NCBI GenBank assembly: GCA_964016885.1
Contig: OZ024741.1
Span: forward strand, 118,544,001-118,608,000
DNA from: Eledone cirrhosa
Lineage: Eukaryota
Length of the DNA stretch: 64,000 nucleotides
Reading direction: 5' to 3'
Shown: positions 50,536 to 61,720 of the stretch, piece after piece
How the letters are laid out: each line of letters opens with the position of its first letter
Position numbering within the stretch: the first letter of the stretch is position 1
Translations under genes and position numbers: made by a program
The notes under the pieces: generated by a model
Databases searched by the model: none
Told to the model about the DNA's origin: nothing
What the model saw: the letters and a program-made list of their open reading frames with translations, nothing else

Positions 50536-50870
50536 TAGGACATCATTCTAGAAGGAAAACTCTGATGTAAAACCTGCAACTCGATAGCAGCCAATTATGT
50601 TGGCCTGTTCTGTTTGAATACCTGTCACAGTTGTTCAGAGAGTGGGAATGGTCGAGTGCAAGGCTTTTCTTCACTTAAAAAAGCCTCAAGCATGGGTATC
50701 ACTTGATATAAACGACTCTCACGTGTGTTGCATGAGTATGGCCTTTTCTTGTTCCTTACACTGCAGCATATGCAGAAAAGAAGTCATTGGAAGGGGTGTC
50801 ATATTCGTGCTACCCAATAATTAGAAAAAGGGCAAGGGATGGCAACTCTCGAAACTGAGATGCAGCCTAA
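50536..50870 (+). mobile_element. Diverged copy of family B
   Basis: TCTAGAAGGAAAACTCTGATGTAAAACCTGC ... CTCGAAACTGAGATGCAGCC. Confidence 0.55.
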
Positions 50871-50963
50871 AAATGTATGTATATATATATATATTGAGTT
50901 AAGAACTCAGGGTAGTCCCTTACAATTAAATAGCTCTAAGAAAAAAGCTTTTCCGAGCCGTAC

Positions 50964-51275
50964 AATATAATTGAATAAACACTAATATAAACATACGTGT
51001 GTTCAAATCGTAAGGACCAAAACTTGCTGGGGTGAAAAAATACTAACTACAGCAATATGGTTTGTTATCCTTAACTTTAAATATTAAATTAAGAAAAATT
51101 AAGAAAAATAACAGACCTATATTGGGCAAAAATGCCTGTTAATATTTAAAGTTAAGGATAACAAACTATATTGCTGTAGATAGTATTTTTTCACCCTAGC
51201 AAATTTTGGTCCTTACGATTCGAACACATGTATGTTTATATTAGTGTTCATCTCTCTTGTTTCTTCAATTATATT
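50964..51275. repeat. Imperfect inverted repeat (~110-bp arms, ~50-bp spacer)
   Basis: 50978-51087 is the reverse complement of 51139-51248 with a few mismatches. Confidence 0.85.
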
Positions 51276-51287
51276 ATATGTATGTAT

Positions 51288-51815
51288 GTCGGGTCACTCT
51301 TGAGTGCTACTGGTAACATGTAACCCAATACAACCTGTCGCATGGTCGACTAAACCGGCAACCCCACCAAGTTTACTTGGTGAGGAGGGTGATTTTGGAC
51401 ACCCTGCAGGACAAAAACCAAAACCTGACAAAGGGCGAAAGAACTCATAAGAGACAACGGCCATCCAAAAGTGTGTAAATATGTATATACACATGTACAT
51501 GTATATGTGTATATACATGGGTGCATTTGTATGTATATGCGCGGGGACATAAAAATAGTCGGGCTGGACACCCGATCGCGCGGTTAAACCACTGGGAGTG
51601 AAGGACCCCTAGCCTTTGTCAGGGCATTCTTCTAGGAGAAGGCAACTCAGGAAACTGGGATAACCCCGATATAAAACCTGCGGCTCAGTAGTTACCGATG
51701 ATGTTGATCTTTTCTTCTTTTCAGGTTATAGCTACTGTCGCTCAGAGAGTGGGATTGGCTCAGTGCACAGTCTTTCCTCATTTAAAAAAATATCTTCACG
51801 CACAGGCATTGCACG
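51288..51815 (+). mobile_element. 5' portion of family B (RTE leader), interrupted by microsatellite
   Basis: CAAAGGGCGAAAGAACTC...GGCCATCCAAAA and CCTAGCCTTTGTCAGGGCA...CTAGGAGAAGG match 21860-21960, and the copy extends further 5'. Confidence 0.6.
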
Positions 51816-51920
51816 ATAGAATTAATTAATAATTATTAATAATGGTATATCGTGCAATGGCCATACTCGATAACGAGGGGGCTACCATCATATGTATGTA
51901 CACACATGTATATAAATATA

Positions 51921-52700
51921 TATGGTGACAGACGCATCTCCAAGAAAATGTTTTATGATGAACTCAAGCTGGGCAAAGGGTTAAATAGTAAACCAAGGAG
52001 ATACAGAGACTCTCTAAAAGCGAACTTACAATGCCTTAACATAAGCTACAAAAATCTTGAATCATGTGCAACAGATAAAGTAACCTGGAAAAATGCCATT
52101 TGGAATGGAGTTAGAGCATTTGAAATGGAAGAAAAATGCGAAAGAATGAGACCAACAATAATAATGGTTTCTTATATAGGCACAAGGCCAGCAATTTTGT
52201 GGGGAGAGGAAAGTCGATAAAATCGACTCCAGTGCGTGACTGGAACTTTATTTTATCGACCCCGTAAGGATGAAAGGCAAAGTTAACCTCGGCGGGATTT
52301 GAACTCAGATCATAAAGGACCGTAACTCTATGCTGCAATGCATGGCGTCCGACCCTCTACCGATACTGCCAACAATAATAATGATGAATCTTATCTAGCG
52401 TTGGTTTTCAAATGCCCTGTGTGCCCTAAGGTGTGCTTTTCGAACACTGGCTTGAAGTTACGTCAACGAACACATGATGGTAAAGTCCAAGTTGACAATT
52501 CAAACTTCGTTGCAGAGAATCAGTTTATCAGAAAAATTGCAAATCAGGTGGTGGATTGAAGCGACATCTGAACATACACAATAAGAAAACACAAGGTGGA
52601 AACAAGAACGAAATGAGGCATCATTGTATTATTTGTGGACGGATCTTTCACAGGCTTTCAGGACGCGAAAGCCACCTGAGATCTCATACTAGGAAAGTAT
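51921..52700 (+). pseudogene. 3' fragment of a BovB-like RTE ORF with C-terminal C2H2 fingers, interrupted by a SINE
   Basis: DRRISKKMFYDELKLGK...KPRRYRDSLKANL...TWKNAIWNGVRAFE, then FKCPVCPKVCFSNTGLKLRQRTH and HHCIICGRIFHRLSGRESHLRSH. Confidence 0.7.
52155..52385 (-). mobile_element. Same SINE, inserted into the BovB-like fragment
   Basis: Reverse-complement core. CCAACAATAATAATG is present on both sides as a possible TSD. Confidence 0.75.
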
Positions 52701-52913
52701 GTATATATGTATATATATGTATGTATATAGATAATTTAATATATCTACTAACATAAGCGCACAGATGTACGCTAATGCCAGCAAATACACAGGTTATGTC
52801 ATAGTACCTAGGTGGTTCAATGCAGGAGGATGCAGAACAATAATATAAAAGACGTAAAATAAGAAAATTTAAAAAAAAATTTAAAAAAATTAACTTACTT
52901 ACTAAAATTTTCA

Positions 52914-52993
52914 CTCCAACTAATTAGTTTCTGCAATGGGATAAAGACAGTTACGTAATGAACTGTTAAGAATTTCATTGCGTCATCAGGGAG
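52914..52993 (-). ncRNA. Type I hammerhead ribozyme with extended stem II
   Basis: Minus strand CTCC-CTGATGA-cGCAATG...ACAGTT...AACTGT...CATTGCa-GAAACTAATTAGTT^GGAG. Confidence 0.75.
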
Positions 52994-53227
52994 GTCTATT
53001 CTCAGCCAAGTCTCCAGGCAATGCGCGGACACTGGGGACTCATATAAAAATAATAATAATAATAATAATTCGGTATATGTATGTATATATAGATGCATTC
53101 GTGAGTGAATAGTAATAATAATATATTATTATTATTCGATTCGTTTGTAAGCAAACAGCTTCTCTCTCTCTCTCTCCCCCCTCTCTCTCCCCCTCTCTCA
53201 CTCTCACCCTCTCTCACTCTCTCTCTT

Positions 53228-53263
<36 letters not shown>

Positions 53264-53330
53264 GGAAAATGTTTAACCCTTCATTATATATATATATACA
53301 CACACACACATATACATACATTTATATATA

Positions 53331-54561
53331 CAGGGGCCCTCAGTTTTTTTTTAGGACATTTACATGAATTTAGAAAAAACGCATACCACTTCAAAGAAAC
53401 GCTATATTTAGATACATACTGATACAAATATTATTTACAACACATTTATGACATCTATTCAATGAATCCTCCGTTAGCTTCTATACGGGGTCTGAAGCGT
53501 TGGTATGCCCGAATCTGATGACCCCTATTAATACTGGACATTGTGCTGGTAATGGGAGACTTGAGAGATTCTATAATGTTGTAATGTTGTAATTGACCTC
53601 TCTTTTAACGTAATAGTCCAAGGGATTGAGGTCTGGTGAACTAGGAGGCCATGTTTCCGGAAGAAGGTGGTCATGGAGATTGTCACGCATCCATACTTGT
53701 GTTGTTCTGACCTTATGTGAGGGCGTGGAGTCTGGTTGGAAGACTAACAGCCTTCCATGCTTACCCTGTCTATCCAGGGCTTCACAACTGTCTCCAACAC
53801 CTCTTTGTAGACAGTAGTGTTGACTTAAGCCCTGAGAAAAAATATGAGGAGGCATGACATCTCCCTCGTTGCTGACAACACCCAGAACCAATCACAGTCA
53901 CTGGAAATTTGATGTCCATGACTGTTGGAACCTCACTTGGGTCTCTGCATAGCCATCGATCATTCCTTCGGTTTGCCTTTTGGTCCTGATCAAAGGTTTT
54001 CTCATCAGAAAAGGACCAAACCATTCCAGCTTCTTGATGTTTTATCTTATTCAGAAAGCACTTTGCAAGGACCAAACGATTTTATTTTGTCACATCCGAC
54101 ATAAACTGGTCTCTTCGCATCACACACGACCCGTATCAGATGTCTTTACGGGAAACTCTTCTGGTGGAGCATTCTGAAACCTTAAGGTCCTTTGCGATGG
54201 CTTTGATTGATTTTTCTGGGGTTTTATCCATTAACTTTTGAACTTTTTTTTTTTATAAAGTTAGTCATTCTGATTGTATTAGGACTTTGTGCACGTGTTT
54301 TGCACTTGGTTGTTGAATTTGGGTCTCCGTCAGCAACTTCCAGATCCTTTATAACTTTGACGACGAAGGATCAGGCAACTTTCGAGAAGAGGGCTATCTC
54401 ATCATCACTATGCTGAAGTTTTAAGTCAACGATTACAGCATGACTTTTGATGCTGGGTTAATTTAATGCCTGGTATTATTTATTTGAAAAATCAAAAAAT
54501 AATAGCAATAAGAAAGTTAGAGCACAAGAAAGAGGTGTCCTAAAAAAACTGAGGTACCCTG
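53331..54561 (-). mobile_element. Tc1/mariner superfamily DD37D (maT) transposon, both ends present but decayed
   Basis: TIRs CAGGG(G/T)(C/A)CCTCAGTTTTTTT(T)AGGACA with TA on both flanks. Transposase remnants WSFSDEKTF and FQPD-x37-D (WPPSSPDLNPLDYY), frameshifted. Confidence 0.9.
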
Positions 54562-54671
54562 TATACATGCACACACGCAACACACACATACACACATACC
54601 ATCACTCTCCTCTCTCTTTATCTCTCTCTCTCATACACACACACACACACATATATATATAAACATTTTTT

Positions 54672-54830
54672 TATTTTATATAGAAATGACTTCATCCAGA
54701 CTTTCCTTATGATTTCATACGAATGAAACAATTCTAGACTATATAATATTTTTTAAATGCCTATACTCTACCAATGTATTGAGTACTCTTTTTAACTGTG
54801 GTTACCCCCGACAAAACTCGGGAATCTACA
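54672..54830 (+). mobile_element. Family A element, decayed
   Basis: ATATAGAAATGACTTC...CCTTATGATTTCATACGAATGAAACAATTCTAG...TATTGAGTAC...TGTGGTTACCCCCGA. Confidence 0.6.
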
Positions 54831-55002
54831 TATATATATTGTACACACACACACATATACAAATATATGTATATACATGAAGACACACATATACAAATAT
54901 ATATATATGAAGACAAACACACACCTATACAAATATATATATATGAAGACACACACACATATACAAATATATATATACATGAAGACACACAGACACGCAT
55001 AT

Positions 55003-55072
<70 letters not shown>

Positions 55073-55229
55073 ATATATATATATATATGAAGACACACGC
55101 ACACATATACCGAAACCACGAGAACCTCCGAAGGTCGACTGATGTAAAGTAACTGTCCGGTGTACGTCCGTTTGTGTATATATATATATATATAATATAA
55201 GATCAAAAGATGGTTAAAAGAGTTCCAAG

Positions 55230-55300
55230 TATTTTATTATGCGCATTTCAAAAACAAATATCATCATGGGATGATATCTGCGTTCTCATCAGATAAAATA
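55230..55300 (-). ncRNA. Type I hammerhead ribozyme (mirror copy)
   Basis: Exact reverse complement of 55423-55493 within the palindrome. Confidence 0.85.
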
Positions 55301-55422
55301 GGGAGACATGATATGAAGCTTAAAAAACACTTGTGAATAGTGAAGTTTTAAATCAACATATATATGTTGATTTAAAACTTCACTATTCACAAGTGTTTTT
55401 TAAGCTTCATATCATGTCTCCC

Positions 55423-55493
55423 TATTTTATCTGATGAGAACGCAGATATCATCCCATGATGATATTTGTTTTTGAAATGCGCATAATAAAATA
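55423..55493 (+). ncRNA. Type I hammerhead ribozyme (complete)
   Basis: Stem I TATTTTAT/ATAAAATA, core CTGATGA, long stem II (GCAGATATCATC/GATGATATTTGT), GAAA, palindromic stem III ATGCGCAT, AUA cleavage triplet ending at 55485. Confidence 0.85.
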
Positions 55494-55734
55494 CTTGGAA
55501 CTCTTTTAACCATCTTTTGATCTTATATTATATATACTCCAGTCCTACAAACTGTAGAGTGCTACTTATCCGATATTAGCATTGCTTCATTGTGCTACAA
55601 TAAAAACTCACCTCCTACATTATATATATATATATATAATATATATATATATAATATATATATATATATATAATATATATATATATAATATATATATATA
55701 TATATAATATATATATATATATATAAAAAGTCTA

Positions 55735-56003
55735 AAGTCTGTCTTAATCCAGAAGGCTCATTTGGCCGGTGCTTATCCCGGTTTCATGGCGTGAAGCGAC
55801 TGAGAGTACAAGACTCCCCCCTGGAGAGGACGCCAGTCCATCGCAGGGTTAAACCTCCAGCTATTGCTGGTACTCATTTTCAGCTGAGTATACTGGAGCA
55901 ACGTGAAATGAAGTGTCTTGCTCAAGAACACAACACGCAACCCAGGAATCTAACCCACGACATTTTTATCGTAAGTCCAGCATTCTTACCACTAGGCCAC
56001 GTG

Positions 56004-56005
<2 letters not shown>
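55735..56005 (-). mobile_element. tRNA-derived SINE with a different 3' half
   Basis: Head TGGCCTAGTGG... and body TTGAGCAAGACACTT-ATTTCAC-TTGCTCCAG shared with 12757-13062, then CCTGCGATGGACTGGCGTCC. Confidence 0.7.
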
Positions 56006-56054
<49 letters not shown>

Positions 56055-56069
56055 ATATATATATATATA

Positions 56070-56182
56070 CACACGATGTCCCCCCCCCCAAAAAAAATGT
56101 ATACACACTTCAACAGTTTTCTAATAAATATTGCTCGTACAAGTACTCGAAGTGTGTATACATATTTTGGAGACACTCTTTA
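56070..56182. mobile_element. Tc1/mariner-type MITE
   Basis: Inverted ends TGTC...CCAAAAAAAATGTATACACACTTC / GAAGTGTGTATACATATTTTGGAGACA in TA context. Confidence 0.55.
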
Positions 56183-56589
56183 TATATATATGTATATATA
56201 TATATATATATTCACCAACCCATAAATATATGTGTGTATACGTGTGTGCATATATGAACACACACGCGGGCGCGCACATAGATACACACACAAAGAGAAA
56301 CCGAACTACAACGGACGAAATCTCCGTCTCAGTTTTAGTGTCCTAACAACAGCTGCAGTATTTGTTGTTTATCATTCTGCCGTGACAGCGCAGCCAACAG
56401 CTGCTGCAGCAGTCTGCAGAGAAGACAGACAGACAGGAATATCTACCTTGCAACACTCGTTTATTTCAAGGGGTTCCCGCTGTCTCGCATTCAGGCAGCA
56501 GCATTGCAGTATATTTTTTAAACAAATCTTCTTCTTCTTCTTCTTCTTCTTCTTCTTGCTTAATCAATGAGGTGCATCTGGGTACGATG

Positions 56590-57145
56590 ACTAATCCCTC
56601 GGAGGCTGAGGTCACAATAACAAGTAAAAAAACTCAAATGTGGTAAGGCCGTTGGGGAGGATGAAATCCGGCCTAAGATGTTAAAAGCCTTAAATAGAGA
56701 AGGTATTCTCTTGAAGATTTGTGTGTGCCGGGTGACCTGGATCTCTGGAAAGGCACCTAAGCAATGGCAATCCCAATTTTCAAAAAGAGAGACAAAATAG
56801 ATTGTTAAGCCTCCCTGATAAATTCTATGCTAAGTATCTGGCAAAGAGATGTAAGGAGATTATCGAGTCCACGCTAGCTGATGAACAGTTTGGTTTTCGT
56901 CCGGAACGCAGCAGAGCTGATCAAATATTCATACTGCGACAGTTCTTTGAGAAATCGTACGAGTACTGCAAAGAGGTGTATTCTTGCTTCGTAGACCTCG
57001 GAAAGGCACATGACCGCGTTCCATGGGACCTACTGTGAGAGGCTCTGCAGGAGTATGGGATTGATGGTCAGCTTCTTGTTGCCCTGATGTCTCTCTACAA
57101 GGGTGCGTACTGTCACCTCTCCTATTCGTTATTTTCATGAACAGG
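56590..57145 (+). pseudogene. Decayed RTE-1/Expander-like RT fragment
   Basis: GKAVGEDEIRPKMLKAL, LSLPDKFYAK, EQFGFRPERSRADQIF, FVDLGKAHDRVP, with stops and frameshifts. Confidence 0.8.
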
Positions 57146-57204
57146 ATTCACACACACACACACACACTCACACACACGCGCGCGCACACGCACACACACA
57201 CATA

Positions 57205-57272
<68 letters not shown>

Positions 57273-57452
57273 CGAATTGGCAGAGTCGTTAGAGCGTCGG
57301 ATATTCGTTTCGACTCTCTGCTGTCTGAGTTCAAATTCCACCGGTCAACTTTGCCTTTCATTCTTTCGAGGTCGATAAAAAAAAGTACCAGTCTCTTACT
57401 GGAGCCGATTCGTCCTCTGTATCTCTTTCTCACTTGAGCTCTGCCGCCGTGT

Positions 57453-57633
<181 letters not shown>

Positions 57634-57847
57634 TTAGAAAAAATGATGAAGTTTCGTTTACATGTATTTATGTTTTAATTGAGTATATATAGTTACATTG
57701 TAGAGCAGTGGTAATAACCATTTAAAACACACACACACTATTATACAATTATTATTGAATATAAAGTGTGCACCTCTATAGATGAGTTGGAATCACGCCA
57801 GGAACTAATAATTTGATGTACAGTGAGATATTTTGAAGCTATTAAGA

Positions 57848-58450
57848 TCGGCAGAATCGTTAGAACGTTGAACAAAATGCTTTACAGTATCTGTTCTGGC
57901 TCTTTACATTATGAAGTCAAACCCCGCCGAGGTTAACTTTAACTTTCGTTCTTCTGGGGTCGATAAAATATAGTACCAGTAAACTACTAGGGTTGGTGTT
58001 TTGATTCTCCCCTTCCATTCAAATCTGCTGGTTTGTGTTTAAATTAGAATTCATTACGTCCCTTTACGTTCTGAGTTCAAATCTCGCTGAGGTAGCTTTG
58101 CCCTTCATTCTCCCAGGGTCGATAAAATGAAGTACCAGTAACGCACTGAGGTCGAATTAATCGACTTTTCCCTTTCCCCTAAAATCATCATCATCATCAT
58201 CCTCATGAGGGCGGTGGATTGGCAGAGTTAAAATCCCGACGAGGTGAACTTTACCTTTCATTCTTTTGGAGTCGATAAAATAAAGTACCGCCATGCTTTG
58301 ACGCATAGAGTTACGGCCCTTGCCATTCTGAGTTCAAAATCACCGCAGAGGTTAACTTTGCCTTTCATCCTTACGGGGTCGGTAAAATAAAGTACCAGTA
58401 ATGCACTGATAAATTGCTGGCCTTGTTCCAAAAGTAGAAACAATTATTAT
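57848..58450 (+). repeat. Tandem cluster of ~4 full or partial SINE copies
   Basis: Four occurrences of the GTCG(A/G)TAAAAT..AGTACC core. Confidence 0.75.
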
Positions 58451-58882
58451 CCTCATTACTATAGCAGCACCGAAAACTGGGTCGATGAATTCACATTCTG
58501 TGACATTTTATGTTCAAGCAGTTTTTAAGTATGGTAATTTTTTTGTTTTTTTTGTTTATTTTTTTGCATGAAAATACTTCCAAAGATTATTATACTTTTA
58601 AATATATATTTCCTGCTAGAGTGTGAGAAAGACATTTTAAATGAAATATTTCAACTGAGACTTAGCGAACCATAGTAGCTTAACTGTAATAAATAAATTA
58701 TTAATAATCTTGGAAAGAATGTGACCAAGTATGACAGTCATGAAAATACGCGTACTATATACTATACATATATATCTAGATACATACATACATACATACA
58801 TACATACATACATACATACATACATACATACATACATGCATATAATATGCGTAATATATACATATATATATATATATATATG

Positions 58883-58931
<49 letters not shown>

Positions 58932-59017
58932 TTATATATATAAATATATATGCATTATATATATAAATATATATGCATTATATATATAAATATATATGCA
59001 TTATATATATAAATATA

Positions 59018-59197
59018 TATTTTGATATAGAAATGGCTTCTACAGCACTAGAACTGTTTTATTTGTATGAAATCACCATGAATTCCTGATGATTCCATAC
59101 GAATGAAACAGTTTTAGTCCCGTAGAAGCCATTTTTGTATTAAATAATTATGTATTGAGTACCTTATTAATTGTGGTTACTCCCGATTTAATTCGGG

Positions 59198-59202
<5 letters not shown>
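59018..59202 (+). mobile_element. Family A palindromic HHR element, diverged arms
   Basis: Centre GAATTC 59080-59085, CTGATGA...GAAACAG and the same tail. Confidence 0.7.
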
Positions 59203-59255
<53 letters not shown>

Positions 59256-59650
59256 CATTCACACATATATAATACATACATATACAATCATACATACATA
59301 TACATATGTATTATATCAGATATAATATATATAATACATATATATATATAATACATATACATATATATGTGTATGTATAATACATATGTTTATACATACG
59401 TATACATATATATATATACATACATATATATATATATATGTATGTATATATATATTATATATATATACAGGCATATGCATTCACAGAGTGAGGCACATAA
59501 AAAAAAAAATAATAATTTCAGTAAAATCAATGTTTGTCTTTAATTAAATTTATTTATATAATGAAATGTTGGCGTCTTTTCATCTATTTGCACTTAACTA
59601 TACTTTCACTAAATGTTTATACACTCAGAGTATTCTATAAGTGTATAAAA

Positions 59651-59728
59651 CAGGGTATCTCAAAAGTCATTAGCCCATTTTAAATTATAATATATATAAA
59701 TTTGTCTGGTGACTTTTGGGCCACCCTG
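59651..59728. mobile_element. Tc1/mariner-type MITE
   Basis: Imperfect TIRs CAGGGTATCTCAAAAGTCA / TGACTTTTGGGCCACCCTG followed by TA. Confidence 0.6.
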
Positions 59729-59867
59729 TATTTGCATTGTCTACAATTATGATTACGAAGCGAATCTCGTAACCATTCAGCCATGCTTCTGATGGGGACA
59801 TCATTTCAGAAACTAAAGTTTTATGAAGTATGAACAAAAATTCAATTTCACAAGGAAATATATATAT

Positions 59868-60119
59868 CAGGAGCGGTGAAAACATGGCGGGCCATGCTCT
59901 TCCGTCCGCAATAATTATATTTTTCTCCCCAAACTACCAAAACACACATCTATCTACATGTTATGTTTATCGCATATCGAAGTTTTTTTAATATCTGGGT
60001 TGATATTTGATAATTACAGCTAAACTAATCACTACAACTAAATAAATTGACCAAATTTGTCCCCCCCACCCCCACCCCCACACACACTCTCCAATTCAGA
60101 AATGCTTCCACCACCCCTG
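59868..60119. mobile_element. hAT-like MITE
   Basis: Imperfect 18-bp TIRs CAGGAGCGGTGAAAACAT / ATGCTTCCACCACCCCTG. No clear TSD. Confidence 0.45.
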
Positions 60120-60392
60120 TGTATTTCTGTTTTTTTTTTTAAATTTCAAATAATCTTACAGTTTTCAAAATAATGGTGTTATACCTAATCTTGAAATATA
60201 TATCCAGGGCTGGACTAGAGCCGATTGAAACACTTCTGTAGGTAATTATTGGTTCGCTAACTGCTCTTAACTTTAATGTGAGGCTTTTCTCTTTCCTCAA
60301 ATTTGCTGGCCTTGTGCCTAAATTAGAACACCATCAGTTCCGGATGAAGAAATATATTATTAGTTTCTTGCTTTGATATAAAAGGAAAATAG

Positions 60393-60428
60393 TCTTAATG
60401 TTTCGGACGCTAGTCCTTCATCAGAAGA
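60393..60428 (-). ncRNA. Minimal Penelope-type hammerhead motif
   Basis: Minus strand TCTT-CTGATGA-a-GGAC-tagc-GTCC-GAAACATT-AAGA. Confidence 0.6.
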
Positions 60429-61359
60429 TAGAATGAGAAATTAAAGAAGAAATAGAAAGATTGAAGAGACGAGCAGGGCGGAAAGGGAAATATATATATG
60501 TAACACACAACTGAACCCGCATCTCTTAAAGCCGACCCTGTATACATATTTCAGTCAATATTAATAGTAAATATTATTAACATGTCCTTTATTTGCGAAC
60601 AACAGCAAGAGAAGCAGCAGCAACTTCAATAACAACCATGGCAATAAAGAATATGATGTAAAAAGTTTTATACGGGGCTTACACAACATTTTCAATGACT
60701 CCAATAAAAAAAGCAAAATTTTGAAAAGAAGATTAAAAAACACAATCAGTCAACCATTGAACGAACCAACCAGCCAGTCAGCCAACAAAGTTATAATAAC
60801 GTTTTGAGTTTAAAGAGAGAAATTTGAATGAAATAACATTTTCAATTGCTTCACATAAGGAAGAGAGAGATACAGAGTATATCAGGCAGTCATCAATTAG
60901 AACAGTTATTTTCATTCGACTGCTTTTTATATTGATCATGCTAAAAATTGTTAAATTATTCGTCATATAAATTAATTTTCATGAACTCGCTGACTTCTCT
61001 TTTGCTCTGTACAGTACATACATCACATAAATTGTCTTAATACACATCTATAAATGAATATTTCATTACTATGAATATGATCAACATACTACACGTCGAG
61101 TATATATAAATAAACTTTGTCGTGTCGCTTCTACCGTTTATGAATTGATACGAAGGTTGTGTGTTATTAAGGGTTGATTGCTAAATGATATAGGAAGACA
61201 TTTAACTCATATGTAAGTTGTTTACTGCGCAGCTCAATAGAAGTAAGTTATATTTCGTAGTTGTGGCTCAACATCGTTTGAACACGAGATAAGTCGCAGG
61301 TTCGTGAATTCCAAATAATGCTTTTTAGTTTCGGTTGAAGCCAATATGATTTCATATCA

Positions 61360-61720
61360 TGATAGATTCTCCGTCGGTTTCGACGATGAACATTCAATTA
61401 TTCGATCATGTGAACGTCTAGATTTTTAATTAACGTGTAAGTGGTAATTGCGTGAACATTCCACAAACACGTGTACTCTTAACGTAATTAATTCCCAAGC
61501 CGAATCAGTGTGACACAACAGGTGGCATGACTGGACCCTTGAATTACAGGTAAACTCCATTCGGCGGGCTACTACACAGTTTCCGTGAACCCAATTTCAC
61601 TGACAAGGCTTGGGTCGACCCGAGATTATGGTAAAAACACGTGCCCAAGATGTCACGCAGTGAGATTGAACCTGGAATCTTATGATTGCGAAACGAAATT
61701 CTTAACCACTTAGCTGTGCC
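61360..61720 (-). mobile_element. Second tRNA-derived SINE family
   Basis: Minus-strand A/B boxes (CAGCTAAGTGGTTAAG, GGTTCAATCTC). Homologous copies at 30565-30830 and 35565-35885. Confidence 0.65.

Larger units (their letters stand above)
55187..55536. repeat. Perfect 350-bp DNA palindrome
   Basis: 175-bp arms, exactly reverse-complementary, centred on (AT)4 at 55361/55362. Confidence 0.95.

Noticed and set aside
52930-52982. SECIS element (Naiad-type Penelope) in the extended stem II
   Set aside because: AUGA is present, but the required opposing GA quartet and helix spacing could not be formed, and no linked ORF was seen.
55108-55175. Short GC-richer island containing GAAAC and CTGATG
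   Set aside because: The core is CTGATGT and I could not assemble consistent stems; left unassigned.
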